Shown here piece by piece: positions 33,500-43,963 of a stretch of 64,000 bases of DNA (positions are counted from its first letter, which is position 1; the number at the start of each line of letters is the position of its first letter). The stretch is from Hyaloraphidium curvatum SAG 235-1 (Eukaryota > Fungi > Monoblepharomycota). The position numbers were made by a program, and so were the translations under genes. Under the pieces are notes generated by a model. It saw only the letters and a list, made by a program, of their open reading frames with translations. It ran no database searches and was not told the DNA's origin. The DNA is taken from the NCBI GenBank assembly GCA_025558095.1, contig JAIVFI010000016.1:124001-188000 (forward strand), given 5' to 3'.

Positions 33500-36185
33500 A
33501 TGGGGTGGGTCTTTGGCGTGGCCGCCGCACACCCCGCCCGGACCTCGGACTCACCACCCGAACGTTCCCGCAGGAATGCCTTCCTGGCCGCGTGCCTCCT
33601 CGGCGCCACCCTACTCGGCGCCGCCCTCCTCGCCGCCCCCGCGGCCGGCCTCTCAGTTCCCCGCCTCCCCCTCGCGGAGGTGGTCCGCCGCGCGGACGGC
33701 ATCTTTGTCGGCGCCGTCTCCGGCGCCACATCGCGCCGCGACGGCAAGTTCATACTGACGGACGTCACCTACCGCGTCAACGAGACCCTGGTGGCCGGCG
33801 ATGCCGGCACGGTGGCCGCCGCCACGACCGTGCTGACATACTGGGGAGGCACCATCGGCGACGAGACCCAGAGGATCGCGGGCTTCGAGATGCCTCAGCC
33901 CGGGCGCACCTACGTCCTGGCCACGCGGCGGCGGGACGGCGACACCGCGCCGTTCCCCGTGGTCGGCGTGAACCAGGGGCAGCTGCTCGTTGACGGCGCC
34001 GTGCTCCGGGATTCCGGGGGCGACCCGCTCGTCGTGCGGCGCAACGGCGCCGTCGTGCTCTTCCACGAGGCAGCAGCGGCTCCCCCAGGCATGGCAGCGG
34101 ACGAGGCGTCCAGGCCGGCCTCGCTGGCGGATCTCAAGGCCTACCTCGCCTCTAGCCGCCGCACCGCCATTCTCGCCGCCCCGAAGGCCGACTTCGGCTT
34201 CATCGCGTCTCCTCCGGTGCATGTGCCATCCCCGGTCGCCGCGGACGAAGCCCTTAACGGCGCAAACACGACGAAGCCCCCGGCGGGGCTGCCCCGCCCT
34301 GCCCAGGCGCCTGCTGCGACCACCAAAGCCGGCCCCGGATCCTTTGGCGGCGCCTACAACGTCGCTGAGGTCAACGCGACTGCCATCATGCCGGCTACGC
34401 GCTTGGGCAAAAGGTACAACTACCTGGGCGGGCGCTGGCGCGAGGGGGTCACGATGAATCAGTGGCCCGCTGGCTATCCTTCCTGGGAGCCGCGCTACCA
34501 TCTGAACGACCAGTACACGATGGCGCAGTGGAACGAGTACGTTGGGCTCATATCGATTCGTGGCACACCGACTTCCATGGAGGCTCGCTCGTGGAACAAT
34601 GTGGGCCGATTGCGGATCGAGCTGGAGCCGTCGTTGTCGTTCTAATCGTTGGTCCCGGCCGTTTCAGGGCATGAACGATATGGTCGGGATCATTGACGAC
34701 TCGGTCGGGCTGCCGAAGTACAACATCAAGATCAGCGATGCTCTGGGGGTCGCACCGCAGTTTTTTGTCGGCGGCTTCATGGTCGAATGCGACGTCCTGA
34801 TCAGCTCGCACTACACGTGGACCAGCGACGCTACTGCAATGTGGGCTCGTACAACGTCTGCCAACTCCATGTACAACACCCTCCTGCACGAGGTCGGGCA
34901 CTGCCTCGGGCTGGATCACGATCACTTCAAGCTGTCGGCGATGAACTACGGGGTTGGCTGGAGCGGCCTCCCGTACGTCTTCATGGACGACATCCAAGGG
35001 CTCCGTGCCCTATATCCGTCAAGGATCCAGACCGTGACAGACTTTGCCGTCTACATGTTTGTGCCCGAGGGCGGCGAGTTTGGCGTCCCCGGCGTCAGGC
35101 TTCCAACCCAGGTTGTGGCGGGCGACACGATGGCCGTCTCGCGTTTTTGGATCGAGAACGTCGGCACGGAGAGGCTGAACGAGATCACCATGAACGCATA
35201 CATTTCCACCGACCTGACCATCGGCAACGGCAACGACCGCTACATGACGACGATCTACTTCCCCGGTTACTCGATGGTGCGCGGGCAAGCTGCGCGTTTG
35301 GATTCGGACGTCTCCTTTGTGGTGCCGCAGGACACGGATGCGGGAAGCTACCACATCGTTTTCGCCGCCCAGAACAACGGCATGGCCCACGCGAGCATAC
35401 CTGCCGGCACTTTCCCGGGGTATGCCAACTCGGGTAACCACATTGCGTTCAGCAGGGAAAAGGTCAGGGTCTTTGCCCGCCTTGAGAGCGCGTGGTTCGA
35501 GGACGCCGGCTCCCGCGTCTACAGCTTGACGAAAGGACGCGCGTACACTTTTGTGGTTAGATTCTACGGCAAGTCGGACGGCGCTTCGGTTGATGTCCAG
35601 TCGGCCGGCTTGTCTATCGGAGCCTTTACGGTCTACGTTCCTGCCGGAGAGAGGGATGGAAGATCCCCCATCACCCTCGGAGAAGGCTTTACGGACACGG
35701 AGCTCCGGCTGGATGCCACGTACGGCGGCTTAACAGTTTGGGCCTCTGCCACCGTCCCCGCGACGAACCCGTGCAGGATAAACAACGGAGGGTGCTTCCC
35801 CTCCGCAACTTGCACCAACGACGGCGGATGGGCCGTGTGCAGGTGCCCGAACGGCTGGACCGGCGATGGATACTGGTGTGAGCGGCGCAAGGTCAATGTC
35901 AGGCTCGTCGTGGCCAACGCCTCGGTCCGGCCGGGTGCCCGCGTAACCCTTGGGGCCACCCTGACCAGGGCCGACAACCGGCAGCCGATCGCAGGGGTTC
36001 AGCTCGTGTTCAGGGTGGGGTCCAGGGACGTGGGGAGGGCAAACACCAACCGGCAGGGAATCGCCACGTTCACGTATGCTGCACCGAGGTCGCTCGCGCG
36101 AGGGCGGCAGACGATCACGGTGCGATACGGGGGCAGCTCGAGCTTCAACGCGGGTTCGGGCACGGCGAGGCTGACGGTCAGCTGA
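33500..36185 (+). CDS. Secreted metzincin (matrixin-like) metalloprotease with CARDB-like, EGF and bacterial Ig-like domains
   Basis: Signal-like segment; LAEVVRRAD.IFVG.V pro-region; HEVGHCLGLDH plus Met-turn SAMNY; EGF NPC..NNGGC...ATC; C-term Ig-like G.A.TN..G.ATF.Y; intron 34601-34667. Confidence 0.88.
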
Positions 36186-36215
36186 GCTGCGGAGCATTGG
36201 ATTCGTTGAAGCTGT

Positions 36216-36623
36216 TGTGAAGGTACGGGACATTACTCTATTGGGAGATTAACCATTCGATCGGGCACGGCCCCCGGGGGAGTTCCCGGGGAATCCCGAG
36301 GGAGTCCCCGGGGGAGCCCGGGGGAGTCCCCGGAGGCCGGCTCGGGGGGTATAAAGAGTGGGACATTGTAAACGGGAGAATCTTGGTCGTCTGCAACCTC
36401 AACGTGCCCTCCGTATCGTGCGGCTCTGACGTGCGGTTCCCCGGCCGTTGCGCCCGTGTTCTGAGAGCCCTTTGGGACGCACCTCCGGAAACCTTCCGCG
36501 CTTTGCTAAGAACATTCGTCACCGTTCGCTAATCTACATCCAGGGCCTACCCGACCCGAAGAGCCAAGCGGGATTCGCGCGCCGGGTTCGAGCTTCAGGC
36601 CCGGTTCGACCCGGACCGTCGCA
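36216..36623 (+). mobile_element. Solo LTR (408 bp)
   Basis: Begins TG, ends CA; imperfect terminal IR TGTGAAGGTACGGG / CCCGGACCGTCGCA (11/14); 4-bp TSD CTGT at 36212-36215 and 36624-36627; TATAAA at ~36350 after CCCGGGG(G)AG tandem motifs. Confidence 0.75.
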
Positions 36624-36751
36624 CTGTGCTTTAGACTATTAGGGAGAAAAGAAGGCCATGATGGTGTATTTGCTGGCTACGACGGCAGGGCTATACATGA
36701 CCGGGTACTCTTCACACAACTCTAGGCCAGATGCTCGCTGATTGTGGTCTA

Positions 36752-37030
36752 TCAGGCGCCCTTAATGAGTGTGGCACTGCCAGCAGCGGAGTGCTCGCCT
36801 TCGTGCTCCTCGAGCTCGGCCAGCGTGGCGATCGCGTTCGCGATGATCTGCGCGATCCGTCAGGCTCCGCGCGAAGACACCCTCGGGATCGACCCACCGC
36901 GTACTTGTAGTTGCCAAGGTCGCGCACGGTCTTGATGTGGAGCTCGGCAAAGGTCTTGTCCTTCTCCTCGCTTATGCCCTTGAGCATGGACGGGGGCCAG
37001 TCCAGGATCTCGCTGATCGACGTCCCGCAG
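36752..37030 (-). pseudogene. Small conserved hypothetical protein fragment (EIL..P.S.L.G.SE...IKTVRDL...KY family); 5' end not identifiable
   Basis: TSISEILDWPPSMLKGISEEKDKTFAELHIKTVRDLGNYKYA|IIANAIATLAELE with intron ~36849-36897. Confidence 0.55.
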
Positions 37031-37378
37031 GTTGTGACAGACCCAGACCGGGGAAGAGTCTGGACTGTCCGCCGTGAGGCGAAAGGAAAAGAGGCCAACA
37101 AATTGTATTCGATGCGTGCTGCCTGGTGGGGCGCAGGCCGCGCCTGAGGCAATACATCGGAAGGACGTCGAAAGTCATCTGCAGTCCTCCGGACGCCATC
37201 CACGTCCCGATCCACAAGTCCATCCCGGGTCCTTGAGCCCCCCTACATGATGAGCCCTCGGCAGACCTGGTCTGGGTCTGCCACAAGGTGGAAACGCAGC
37301 ATGTCCTTAGAACGCTACGTCAAGTGTCCCCTTTTCCTTGCGCAAAGCCAATCCCGTGCGGCCACACCCCCCTCCCAA

Positions 37379-37557
37379 ATGCGCGCTTCTCTCGGGGAGT
37401 CCGCCCACGCGGCCCTCTTTGCCGTGCTTTTGGTGCTCCTGGCGGCGCCCGGGACGACGTAGGTCTTCCGCCGTGGCCGCGACGGGCTCGCTGACCTTAG
37501 TTCCCGACACAGCCCCGGGGCCTCCCCCGGCCGACCCTCTGCTGTTTTCCGGCGCCC
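37379..37557 (+). pseudogene. Truncated 5' end of a secreted-protein gene (signal-peptide exon, intron, start of exon 2)
   Basis: MRASLGESAHAALFAVLLVLLAAPG; intron 37459-37512 (GTAGGT..CTGAC..CAG); runs into an inverted foreign fragment. Confidence 0.45.
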
Positions 37558-37692
37558 ACGGCGTACTCGCCGGATGACCCGTCCGCGAGCACGCAGTCGG
37601 CGTTGCACGACAAGCCCCTCGATCCCGCGGTCAGAAAGATGCGGGAGCCGGCAGATAAGGACAGAGGTGTAGCCCCGGCTGGAGCAGCCACA
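37558..37692 (-). repeat. Inverted dispersed copy of receptor-kinase ectodomain segment 19941-20075
   Basis: VAAPAGATPLSLSAGSRIFLTAGSRGLSCN(P/A)DCVLADGSSGEYAV; about 91% nt identity. Confidence 0.95.
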
Positions 37693-37872
37693 GGTTCCGC
37701 GATCGCTCACCAGGACCACAGGGATCGAGTGCACCGCGATCACCAAGACCGACGAGGCAGCGGAGAACGAGGGTGGGGCTGGAAAGGAGGAGAGGTCGAA
37801 ACACTGGCTACATACACTTTACTGCCTTGCCGCTGCCTGGACTCAAGAACCCGAATGCTACCCCGACGATGC

Positions 37873-39558
37873 CTACCCGGGCGCCGCCGCTGCTCCTCCG
37901 GCCGGGACCGACGACGCCTCCCCCGGCGCCGCCGCCGCCCCCGCGACGGGCACCGAAGCCCCGCCCGCGGGAACCTCGGTCAGGCTCGTCAGCGACAGCG
38001 CCGTTCCCCGCCTGAGCGTGCGCCGGAGCGTGAGCCCCGGGAGCTCCACCGAGCCCGTCGACTCCACTTTTCGGATGTCGGGCAGCGAGTCGTGGTCGTC
38101 CGGCGACGCCGCCGCCGATTGGGGCATTGCGGCGCCGGCAACTGGGATCGGCGAGGTGGAAGAGAGATCGGGGATGAGGTTCGGCAGCTCGGCCGACTGG
38201 CGGTTGAGCGTCTGCGAGATGGCCAAGGGGGAGGCGAGGGTCCGCGAGAGGGTGGTGGAGAGCTCTTTGGCGGCCTGCGCCTGCGCGTCCAGCCCCGCTC
38301 CCAGCAGCGCGGTGTCATCGGCCGTCCGCGCGGTGTCGAGCGCGGGCTCGGGGAGCTTCACCGGCGCGGGCGCGATGCCGAGCAGCTGGTCGTTGATGGA
38401 TTTCAGCTGCGAGAGGTAGGTCTCGGGCACCATGTTCCTGATCCACGGGTGGTCCAGCGCCTCGGCGGCCGTCATGCGCTTCCGCGGGCTGATGGTCAGC
38501 AGCCGCTTCACAAAGTCCTTGGCCTCGGCCGATATGGGCTTCCACTCCTCCGAGTCGAACTGCGGCCCCTTGGCCTGCTTGGCCAATATGTCCATGTAGT
38601 CCACGCCGCCGTCGAAGGGCCCGTACCCGCACAGGAGGTGGTGGGCGAGCACGCCCATGGACCAATCGTCGCATTTCGAGGTGTACTTGACCCCCTCGAT
38701 GACCTCGGGCGCGGTGAAGCTGGGCGTGCCCATGCCGACCGTCGTGGTGAAGTCCGTGGGGCCACGCAGCTGCTTGCTGATGCCAAAGTCCACCAGCACG
38801 ATCCGCGAGTCGAACTCGGGGCCCGAGAAGAGCACGTTGTGGGTCTTGAGGTCGCGGTGCAGCACGCCCTTGGCGTGCACGTAGGCCAGGGCGTTGCACA
38901 GCACGGCGGCGATGCAGGCCGCGTCGCGCTCGGTGTAGTGGCCCAGCTGCTCGATCCGGTCGAACAGCTCGCCGCCGGCGGCCTGCTCGAACACCAGGCA
39001 CACATGCTCCTTGGTCTCGAACCAGTCCAGCAGCTGGATCACGTTCGGGTGGTGCAGCTGGGTCAGGATGGCGATCTCGGTCAGGGCCTCGGCCACGTGG
39101 CTGGCCTTGAAGAGCGAGCCCTTGACGACGTGCTTGACGGCGACGGGGGTGCCCGAGGGCGCGTGCACGGCGGCCGACACGTAGCCCGACACGCCCTGGC
39201 CGAGCTTCTTGACCTCCTTGTATAATTTCCTTTTCCTCTCGCCCGCCTCGACGGCGGCGGCGACCTGCTTCTTTGTGCGCTCTGCCGGCAGCGGCGGCGG
39301 GTCTGCGGCGCCGGCGGGGCCGAGCCGCGGCGACTGCGCGCCCGACGCGAACGGAATGCGCGGCGCATCGGCCGCGGCCAATTTGGGCGACGGCCCCGCG
39401 AGCGAAGCGGCGGGCAGCGGCGCGAGCGGCGACGGCGGCGCGGGAGACGCCACGCCGACGAGCACCGGCGACGCCGCCGGCCCGCTCTTGGCCGCGCCGC
39501 CGACGTCGCTCGAGTGCGACTCGGTCCGCTTGAGCAGCTTGCTGAACAGCCCGGACAT
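37873..39558 (-). CDS. CAMK-group Ser/Thr kinase (CaMK1-like)
   Basis: LGQGVSG, VAVK, LHHPNVIQL, GGELFDRI, HRDLK, DFG, GT..FTAPE, ISAEAKDFV..LL; intronless. Confidence 0.92.
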   Translation of the reverse strand: MSGLFSKLLKRTESHSSDVGGAAKSGPAASPVLVGVASPAPPSPLAPLPAASLAGPSPKLAAADAPRIPFASGAQSPRLGPAGAADPPPLPAERTKKQVAAAVEAGERKRKLYKEVKKLGQGVSGYVSAAVHAPSGTPVAVKHVVKGSLFKASHVAEALTEIAILTQLHHPNVIQLLDWFETKEHVCLVFEQAAGGELFDRIEQLGHYTERDAACIAAVLCNALAYVHAKGVLHRDLKTHNVLFSGPEFDSRIVLVDFGISKQLRGPTDFTTTVGMGTPSFTAPEVIEGVKYTSKCDDWSMGVLAHHLLCGYGPFDGGVDYMDILAKQAKGPQFDSEEWKPISAEAKDFVKRLLTISPRKRMTAAEALDHPWIRNMVPETYLSQLKSINDQLLGIAPAPVKLPEPALDTARTADDTALLGAGLDAQAQAAKELSTTLSRTLASPLAISQTLNRQSAELPNLIPDLSSTSPIPVAGAAMPQSAAASPDDHDSLPDIRKVESTGSVELPGLTLRRTLRRGTALSLTSLTEVPAGGASVPVAGAAAAPGEASSVPAGGAAAAPG

Positions 39559-40010
39559 CGCGGCGCTGGCGATGCCGCGGAGTTTGCTGCGGTCCCCCGA
39601 GGCGGCGCAGCGCCAAAACCCTGAACTCGCTGATATCTGGCAGGCGCCCGCCTCGCCGACCTTAGCAATGAGCGGACATAGGAGACATAGAGGACAGTAG
39701 TCGCCTCCCATGTGCTGGAATCAGCTTTTGACAGGCGGAATCAAGGCCTCGGTCGCCCGACTAGTTTCCCCGCACAGCCCTCACTCCCAGGTCACCCGAC
39801 ATTCTCGACCATCTTCGCTGTAGTTCGTGTATGTCACTGAGATTCCGTTCTGGGATGATGGTGATGAGGGCCTGCTGTCCCTTGATGCCTTGAGAGGTGA
39901 CGTGTCGTTGGCGTGATCGACTCGTCTGGGTGACTGGGCGGGCGCGCGAGTCGATCGACAACAACGACAACCCACCAGCGCCGCGCAGGGAATCCGACCG
40001 CCCCCGAACC

Positions 40011-41228
40011 ATGTTCTCCTCGATGGGCTCCACCGCCGGCCCCAAGCTCCTCTTCCGCCTCGTCCTCGCCTTCCTCCTCGCCTTCGCCTTCTGGTCCCTC
40101 TCCCCCCCCTCCCCGCACATCCCCGCTCTCGGCGGCCTCCCCCCCGCCAACGCCACCCTCGACCTCTCCGAAATCCTCGTGATCTCCCTCCCCGCCGCCA
40201 AGGCGCGGCGCAGGATGCTCTCGGACCTCGCCCGGCTCTCGGGGCTCAGGCTGACCTTCGTCGACGCCGTCGGGCCGGGATCGGCGGAGATCGACCTCAC
40301 GCGCAGGGTGCTGGGAGATCGCGTGGCCGAGCTGCGGGACTACGAGATAGCGATATGGTGGTCGCACCACCGCGCGTGGACACGCGCCGCGGACCTCGCC
40401 TCCCGACCGCACGCCTCGTTCGCGCGGCGGAGGATGCACGAGATCGCGAGCAACCGAACGGAGCGGATCGGTGCGGGGGAGCCGAAGGTGCTCATCCTCG
40501 AGGACGACGTGGACTGGGAGCTCGACGTGCGGTCCCGCTTCTCACACCTCCTCCGCGCGGTCCCGCGGTGGGGCGTGGAGGGCGATCCTCCGCGCGCGGT
40601 GGAGGGTGCCGACATGCTCTACGTCGGTTGGTGCTTCGAAGAAAACGTTTCGGTACCTTTGGAGTCCTGGCGGGGAAAATCGAGGGTCCTGGGCGAGGTG
40701 CGGGTCCCCGCCGGGGATTCGGGCGATCCGCCCGCGAGGACCTACGCGCTCGCGAGGCCCATCTTCCCGTGCTGCCAGCAGTACGTTGTCCCAATCCGCC
40801 GCGCGAAACGAGCCGCTGACATTCGGACTCCCGATCGCAGCGCCTACATCCTGACCGCCTCCGCCGCCGCCCACCTCGCGCTCACCTCCCTCCCGCACCA
40901 CGCCCTCACCTCGCGCTTCCCCGCCCCTTACCTCCCCGGGAAGCGCTGGGCGGCCGTCGACATCCACGTCGCCAACGGGCCCGCCAAGGAGCACCTCCGC
41001 GCGGCGGTCGTGCATCCGCCGCTGTTCAGGCAGCTACCCGAGGGGGCCAAGCCGCAGGGGGAGGGGCTGCTGAGGGGGGCGAGGGGGGAGTATTGGAAGA
41101 AGAGGGGGGGGAGGGAGGGGGAGGAGAGCCAGTTCAAGCTGATCGAGGCGGAGAGGGGGGAGGAGATGGGCAACGCGGGGAAGAGGGGAAAGGATCGGAA
41201 GGAAAAGGACGGGGAGAAGGAGGGTTGA
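40011..41228 (+). CDS. Glycosyltransferase family 25-like type II membrane protein (copy 1)
   Basis: N-term TM; VISLP...RR, TFVDAV, SH..AW, LILEDDVDW, DMLYVGWC, AYILT..AA; intron 40781-40840. Confidence 0.82.
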   Translation: MFSSMGSTAGPKLLFRLVLAFLLAFAFWSLSPPSPHIPALGGLPPANATLDLSEILVISLPAAKARRRMLSDLARLSGLRLTFVDAVGPGSAEIDLTRRVLGDRVAELRDYEIAIWWSHHRAWTRAADLASRPHASFARRRMHEIASNRTERIGAGEPKVLILEDDVDWELDVRSRFSHLLRAVPRWGVEGDPPRAVEGADMLYVGWCFEENVSVPLESWRGKSRVLGEVRVPAGDSGDPPARTYALARPIFPCCQQYVVPIRRAKRAADIRTPDRSAYILTASAAAHLALTSLPHHALTSRFPAPYLPGKRWAAVDIHVANGPAKEHLRAAVVHPPLFRQLPEGAKPQGEGLLRGARGEYWKKRGGREGEESQFKLIEAERGEEMGNAGKRGKDRKEKDGEKEG

Positions 41229-41326
41229 TTTACACCGCTTTGGGTTTTGCTGGGGAATGTTGGACTCCGTCGTCTCGATCTTGATTGCAGCCCGCTCGTC
41301 CGCGAAAAGCCCCCCGCGCCGCATGA

Positions 41327-42298
41327 TCACCCCTCGAAATCGTCGTCGAAATCGTCCTCGGCCCACGGAGCCACGGCCCGCTGCGGCGCATCTCCTCCCT
41401 CGCCCTCCTCCTCGAGGAGATCTGCGGCCCGCCTCAGGTCCCACGGATCGACCCTTTCCCGACCTTGGGCGTCGGCGCCTCCCGTGTCCCCTGCCTCCGC
41501 TTCGGCCAAGTCGGCCTCGAACTCCTCCCTGAAGATGCTCGAAACCCACAGGTCGAACCCGCGCGGCAGCAGCGTCGGCCAATCGCGGTCCGACACGACG
41601 GCGCCCGCGATCGCGAGATCCTCGCATCCCGCGAAGCCCAGTGCCGCCGTCGACCTCGCGATTTTGTAGTCCACCACCGACTCGTCCGGCTCCACGGGAT
41701 CGAACGGCTCCACGTCCGACGCGTCGTGCGCGTGCGGCACCAGCTCCGCGTGCTCCCCCCACCTGGTCCCCGCCTCGCCGGTGCCCGCCTCGCCGGGCTG
41801 CAGCGCGACCTGGAACGCGGTGGCTGCCTCGGGCATCGCGGGGCCGAGCTCGGGGATGCGCAGGCCGATGCGCACGACGAAGGCGGGGGTGGCTTCGCCG
41901 CAGCTCGGGCAGAGGAAGGCGATGCGGCGCCGCATGAGGGCCTGGCCGGGCACTTTGTAGCGCACGGCGCCGCGCTCCACGCGGTCGCGCACGAGGCGGA
42001 TGGGGAAGTGCGGAAGGCCGATGGGGTCGCCGTGGCCGTATCCGCGGCGGATACGCGTGAAGAGGAGGAGCTCGGGCGGGCCGCGGCGCAGCCATCCGAC
42101 GAGGTGCGAAGACGCGGCGCGGCGGAAGAAGCGCGACGCCGTGCGGATGCGGAAGAGCTCGGGCTTCGGCAGCGCGGCGAACACGCGGTCGAGCACCTCG
42201 GGCGGCAGCGCGGCGAAGCGCCTTCCGAGGTCCGCGGCGGCGGCGACCTGCCGCTCCGCCTCGAGGCGCCGTCCGCCGCTGCGCGTCACCGCGACCAT
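41327..42298 (-). CDS. F-box domain protein
   Basis: FAALPPEVLDRVFAALPKPELFRIRTASRFFR near N-term; acidic tail. Confidence 0.75.
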   Translation of the reverse strand: MVAVTRSGGRRLEAERQVAAAADLGRRFAALPPEVLDRVFAALPKPELFRIRTASRFFRRAASSHLVGWLRRGPPELLLFTRIRRGYGHGDPIGLPHFPIRLVRDRVERGAVRYKVPGQALMRRRIAFLCPSCGEATPAFVVRIGLRIPELGPAMPEAATAFQVALQPGEAGTGEAGTRWGEHAELVPHAHDASDVEPFDPVEPDESVVDYKIARSTAALGFAGCEDLAIAGAVVSDRDWPTLLPRGFDLWVSSIFREEFEADLAEAEAGDTGGADAQGRERVDPWDLRRAADLLEEEGEGGDAPQRAVAPWAEDDFDDDFEG

Positions 42299-42502
42299 TC
42301 TGCTCCGTAATGATCTCCTTTTGAGGCGCAACTCAACGCCCAGTATTGCGCGCTGCGGGTTCTGCAGCCCGCGATGTGCGCCAGCTGTGCGGTGACTCCG
42401 CTCGTGCGACGGCTTCTCCGCCGCGCGGCCCGGCAAACAAACAGCGCCCTCCGCGTGCCCCCGCCCTCCAGACAACGCGGCGACCTCCCAAACATCGCGA
42501 AA

Positions 42503-43783
42503 ATGCACGTCGCGATGGGCCTCACCGCCTCGCCCAGGGCCATCTTCCCCTGCGTGCTCCTCCTCGCCCTGGTTGCCCTCCTCGCGGCTGGCGTCCCCTC
42601 CCCCCCTCTACCCCGTCCCGGCACCCCACTTCCCCGGCACATCACCTCCCTCGGCGGCCTGCCCCCAGCCAACGCCACCCTCGACCTGGCCGCCATATAC
42701 GTGGTCTCTCTGCCCGCCGCCAGAGCGAGGAGGCGCATGCTGGCGGACCTTGCGTCGCTCTCGGGGCTGCAGCTGACGTTCCTGGACGCCGTAGGGTCGG
42801 CCTCGATGGAGGTGAACCTGACGCGGGAGGTGCTCGGGGACTGGGTCAAGGGGCGGAAGGACTACGAGATCGCGACGTGGTGGTCGCACTTCCGCGCCTG
42901 GCAGCTCGCCGCGGACCTCCCCTCCCCCTCCCGGCCCTCCTTCGAACGGCGGCGCCTCTCGGAGCTCCAAAAGGGGCAGGTGGAGCGCATCGGCCTCGGC
43001 GAGCCCAAGGTGCTCATCCTCGAGGACGACGTGGACTGGGAGCTCGACCTCCGATCGCGCTTGCCGCACCTCCTCGCCGCGGCCGCCCGGAGGCGGGATG
43101 AGTACGACCCCGCGCGGGAAGTGGAGGGGTGGGACATGCTGTCGGTGGGCTGGTGCTTCGAGTTCGACACGTCGGTCCCCTTCGAACAGCCCGGGTACAA
43201 TCGTGTGGTCGAGGAGGTCTACGTTCCGTCGGGGGAGGGTTCCCCTGCAGCGCGGACGTACCACCTCGCGCGGCCCATCTTCCCCGCGTGCCTGCAGTGC
43301 GTGTTGCAGCCCCCCACAGCCCGGCGATCGCTGACCCGGCCCGATCCGCGCAGCGCCTACATCTTGACCGCCTCCTCCGCCGCCCACCTCGCATCCACCA
43401 CCCTCCCCTCGCACGTCCTCACCCTGCGCTTCCCCGGAGCTTACCTCCCCCCCGCAAAACAATGGGGCCCGATCGACATACACGTGTCGAACGGCCCGGC
43501 GAAGCACTTCCTCCACACGCTGGTGATCCACCCGCCCCTCTTCAAGCAGGTGCCCGAGGGGGGCAAGAGGCAGGGGGAGGGGCTGCTGAGGGGGGCGAAG
43601 GGGGAGTATTGGAGAAGGAGGGGGGATCCAGAGGGGGGGGAGAGGCAGGGGAAGGAGGTCGAGGCGGAGAGGGGGGAGGGAATGGCGACGTCTACGCCTT
43701 CGGCATTGAGGCCGGAGGCGGCGAGCTGGCCGGGGTTCGGGGAGACGGCCGACGAGCTGCAGCGGATCGTGGCATCGCTCTGA
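42503..43783 (+). CDS. Glycosyltransferase family 25-like protein (copy 2, tandem paralog)
   Basis: Collinear with 40011-41228 including the same intron position (~43298-43353). Confidence 0.82.
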   Translation: MHVAMGLTASPRAIFPCVLLLALVALLAAGVPSPPLPRPGTPLPRHITSLGGLPPANATLDLAAIYVVSLPAARARRRMLADLASLSGLQLTFLDAVGSASMEVNLTREVLGDWVKGRKDYEIATWWSHFRAWQLAADLPSPSRPSFERRRLSELQKGQVERIGLGEPKVLILEDDVDWELDLRSRLPHLLAAAARRRDEYDPAREVEGWDMLSVGWCFEFDTSVPFEQPGYNRVVEEVYVPSGEGSPAARTYHLARPIFPACLQCVLQPPTARRSLTRPDPRSAYILTASSAAHLASTTLPSHVLTLRFPGAYLPPAKQWGPIDIHVSNGPAKHFLHTLVIHPPLFKQVPEGGKRQGEGLLRGAKGEYWRRRGDPEGGERQGKEVEAERGEGMATSTPSALRPEAASWPGFGETADELQRIVASL

Positions 43784-43963
43784 GGCGGGCATTCCTTTAG
43801 GCATTGAAGAATTTGCATGGAGATTGAGGCACCTCTGCGCAGGGGCTCCCGTTGTTGCCACATACGAGAACGCTGTGATCAGAAGAATTCTTGGCGCTTC
43901 GGACAGGTTTCTTGGCGCCGCGTTCCGAACTCTCTCTCGACTAGTTTCCCGCATCGGCAGACA

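Noticed and set aside
39758-43950. 13-mer CGACTAGTTTCCC at 39758 and 43938, both upstream of genes
   Set aside because: Only two occurrences at different distances from the ATG; cannot be separated from chance
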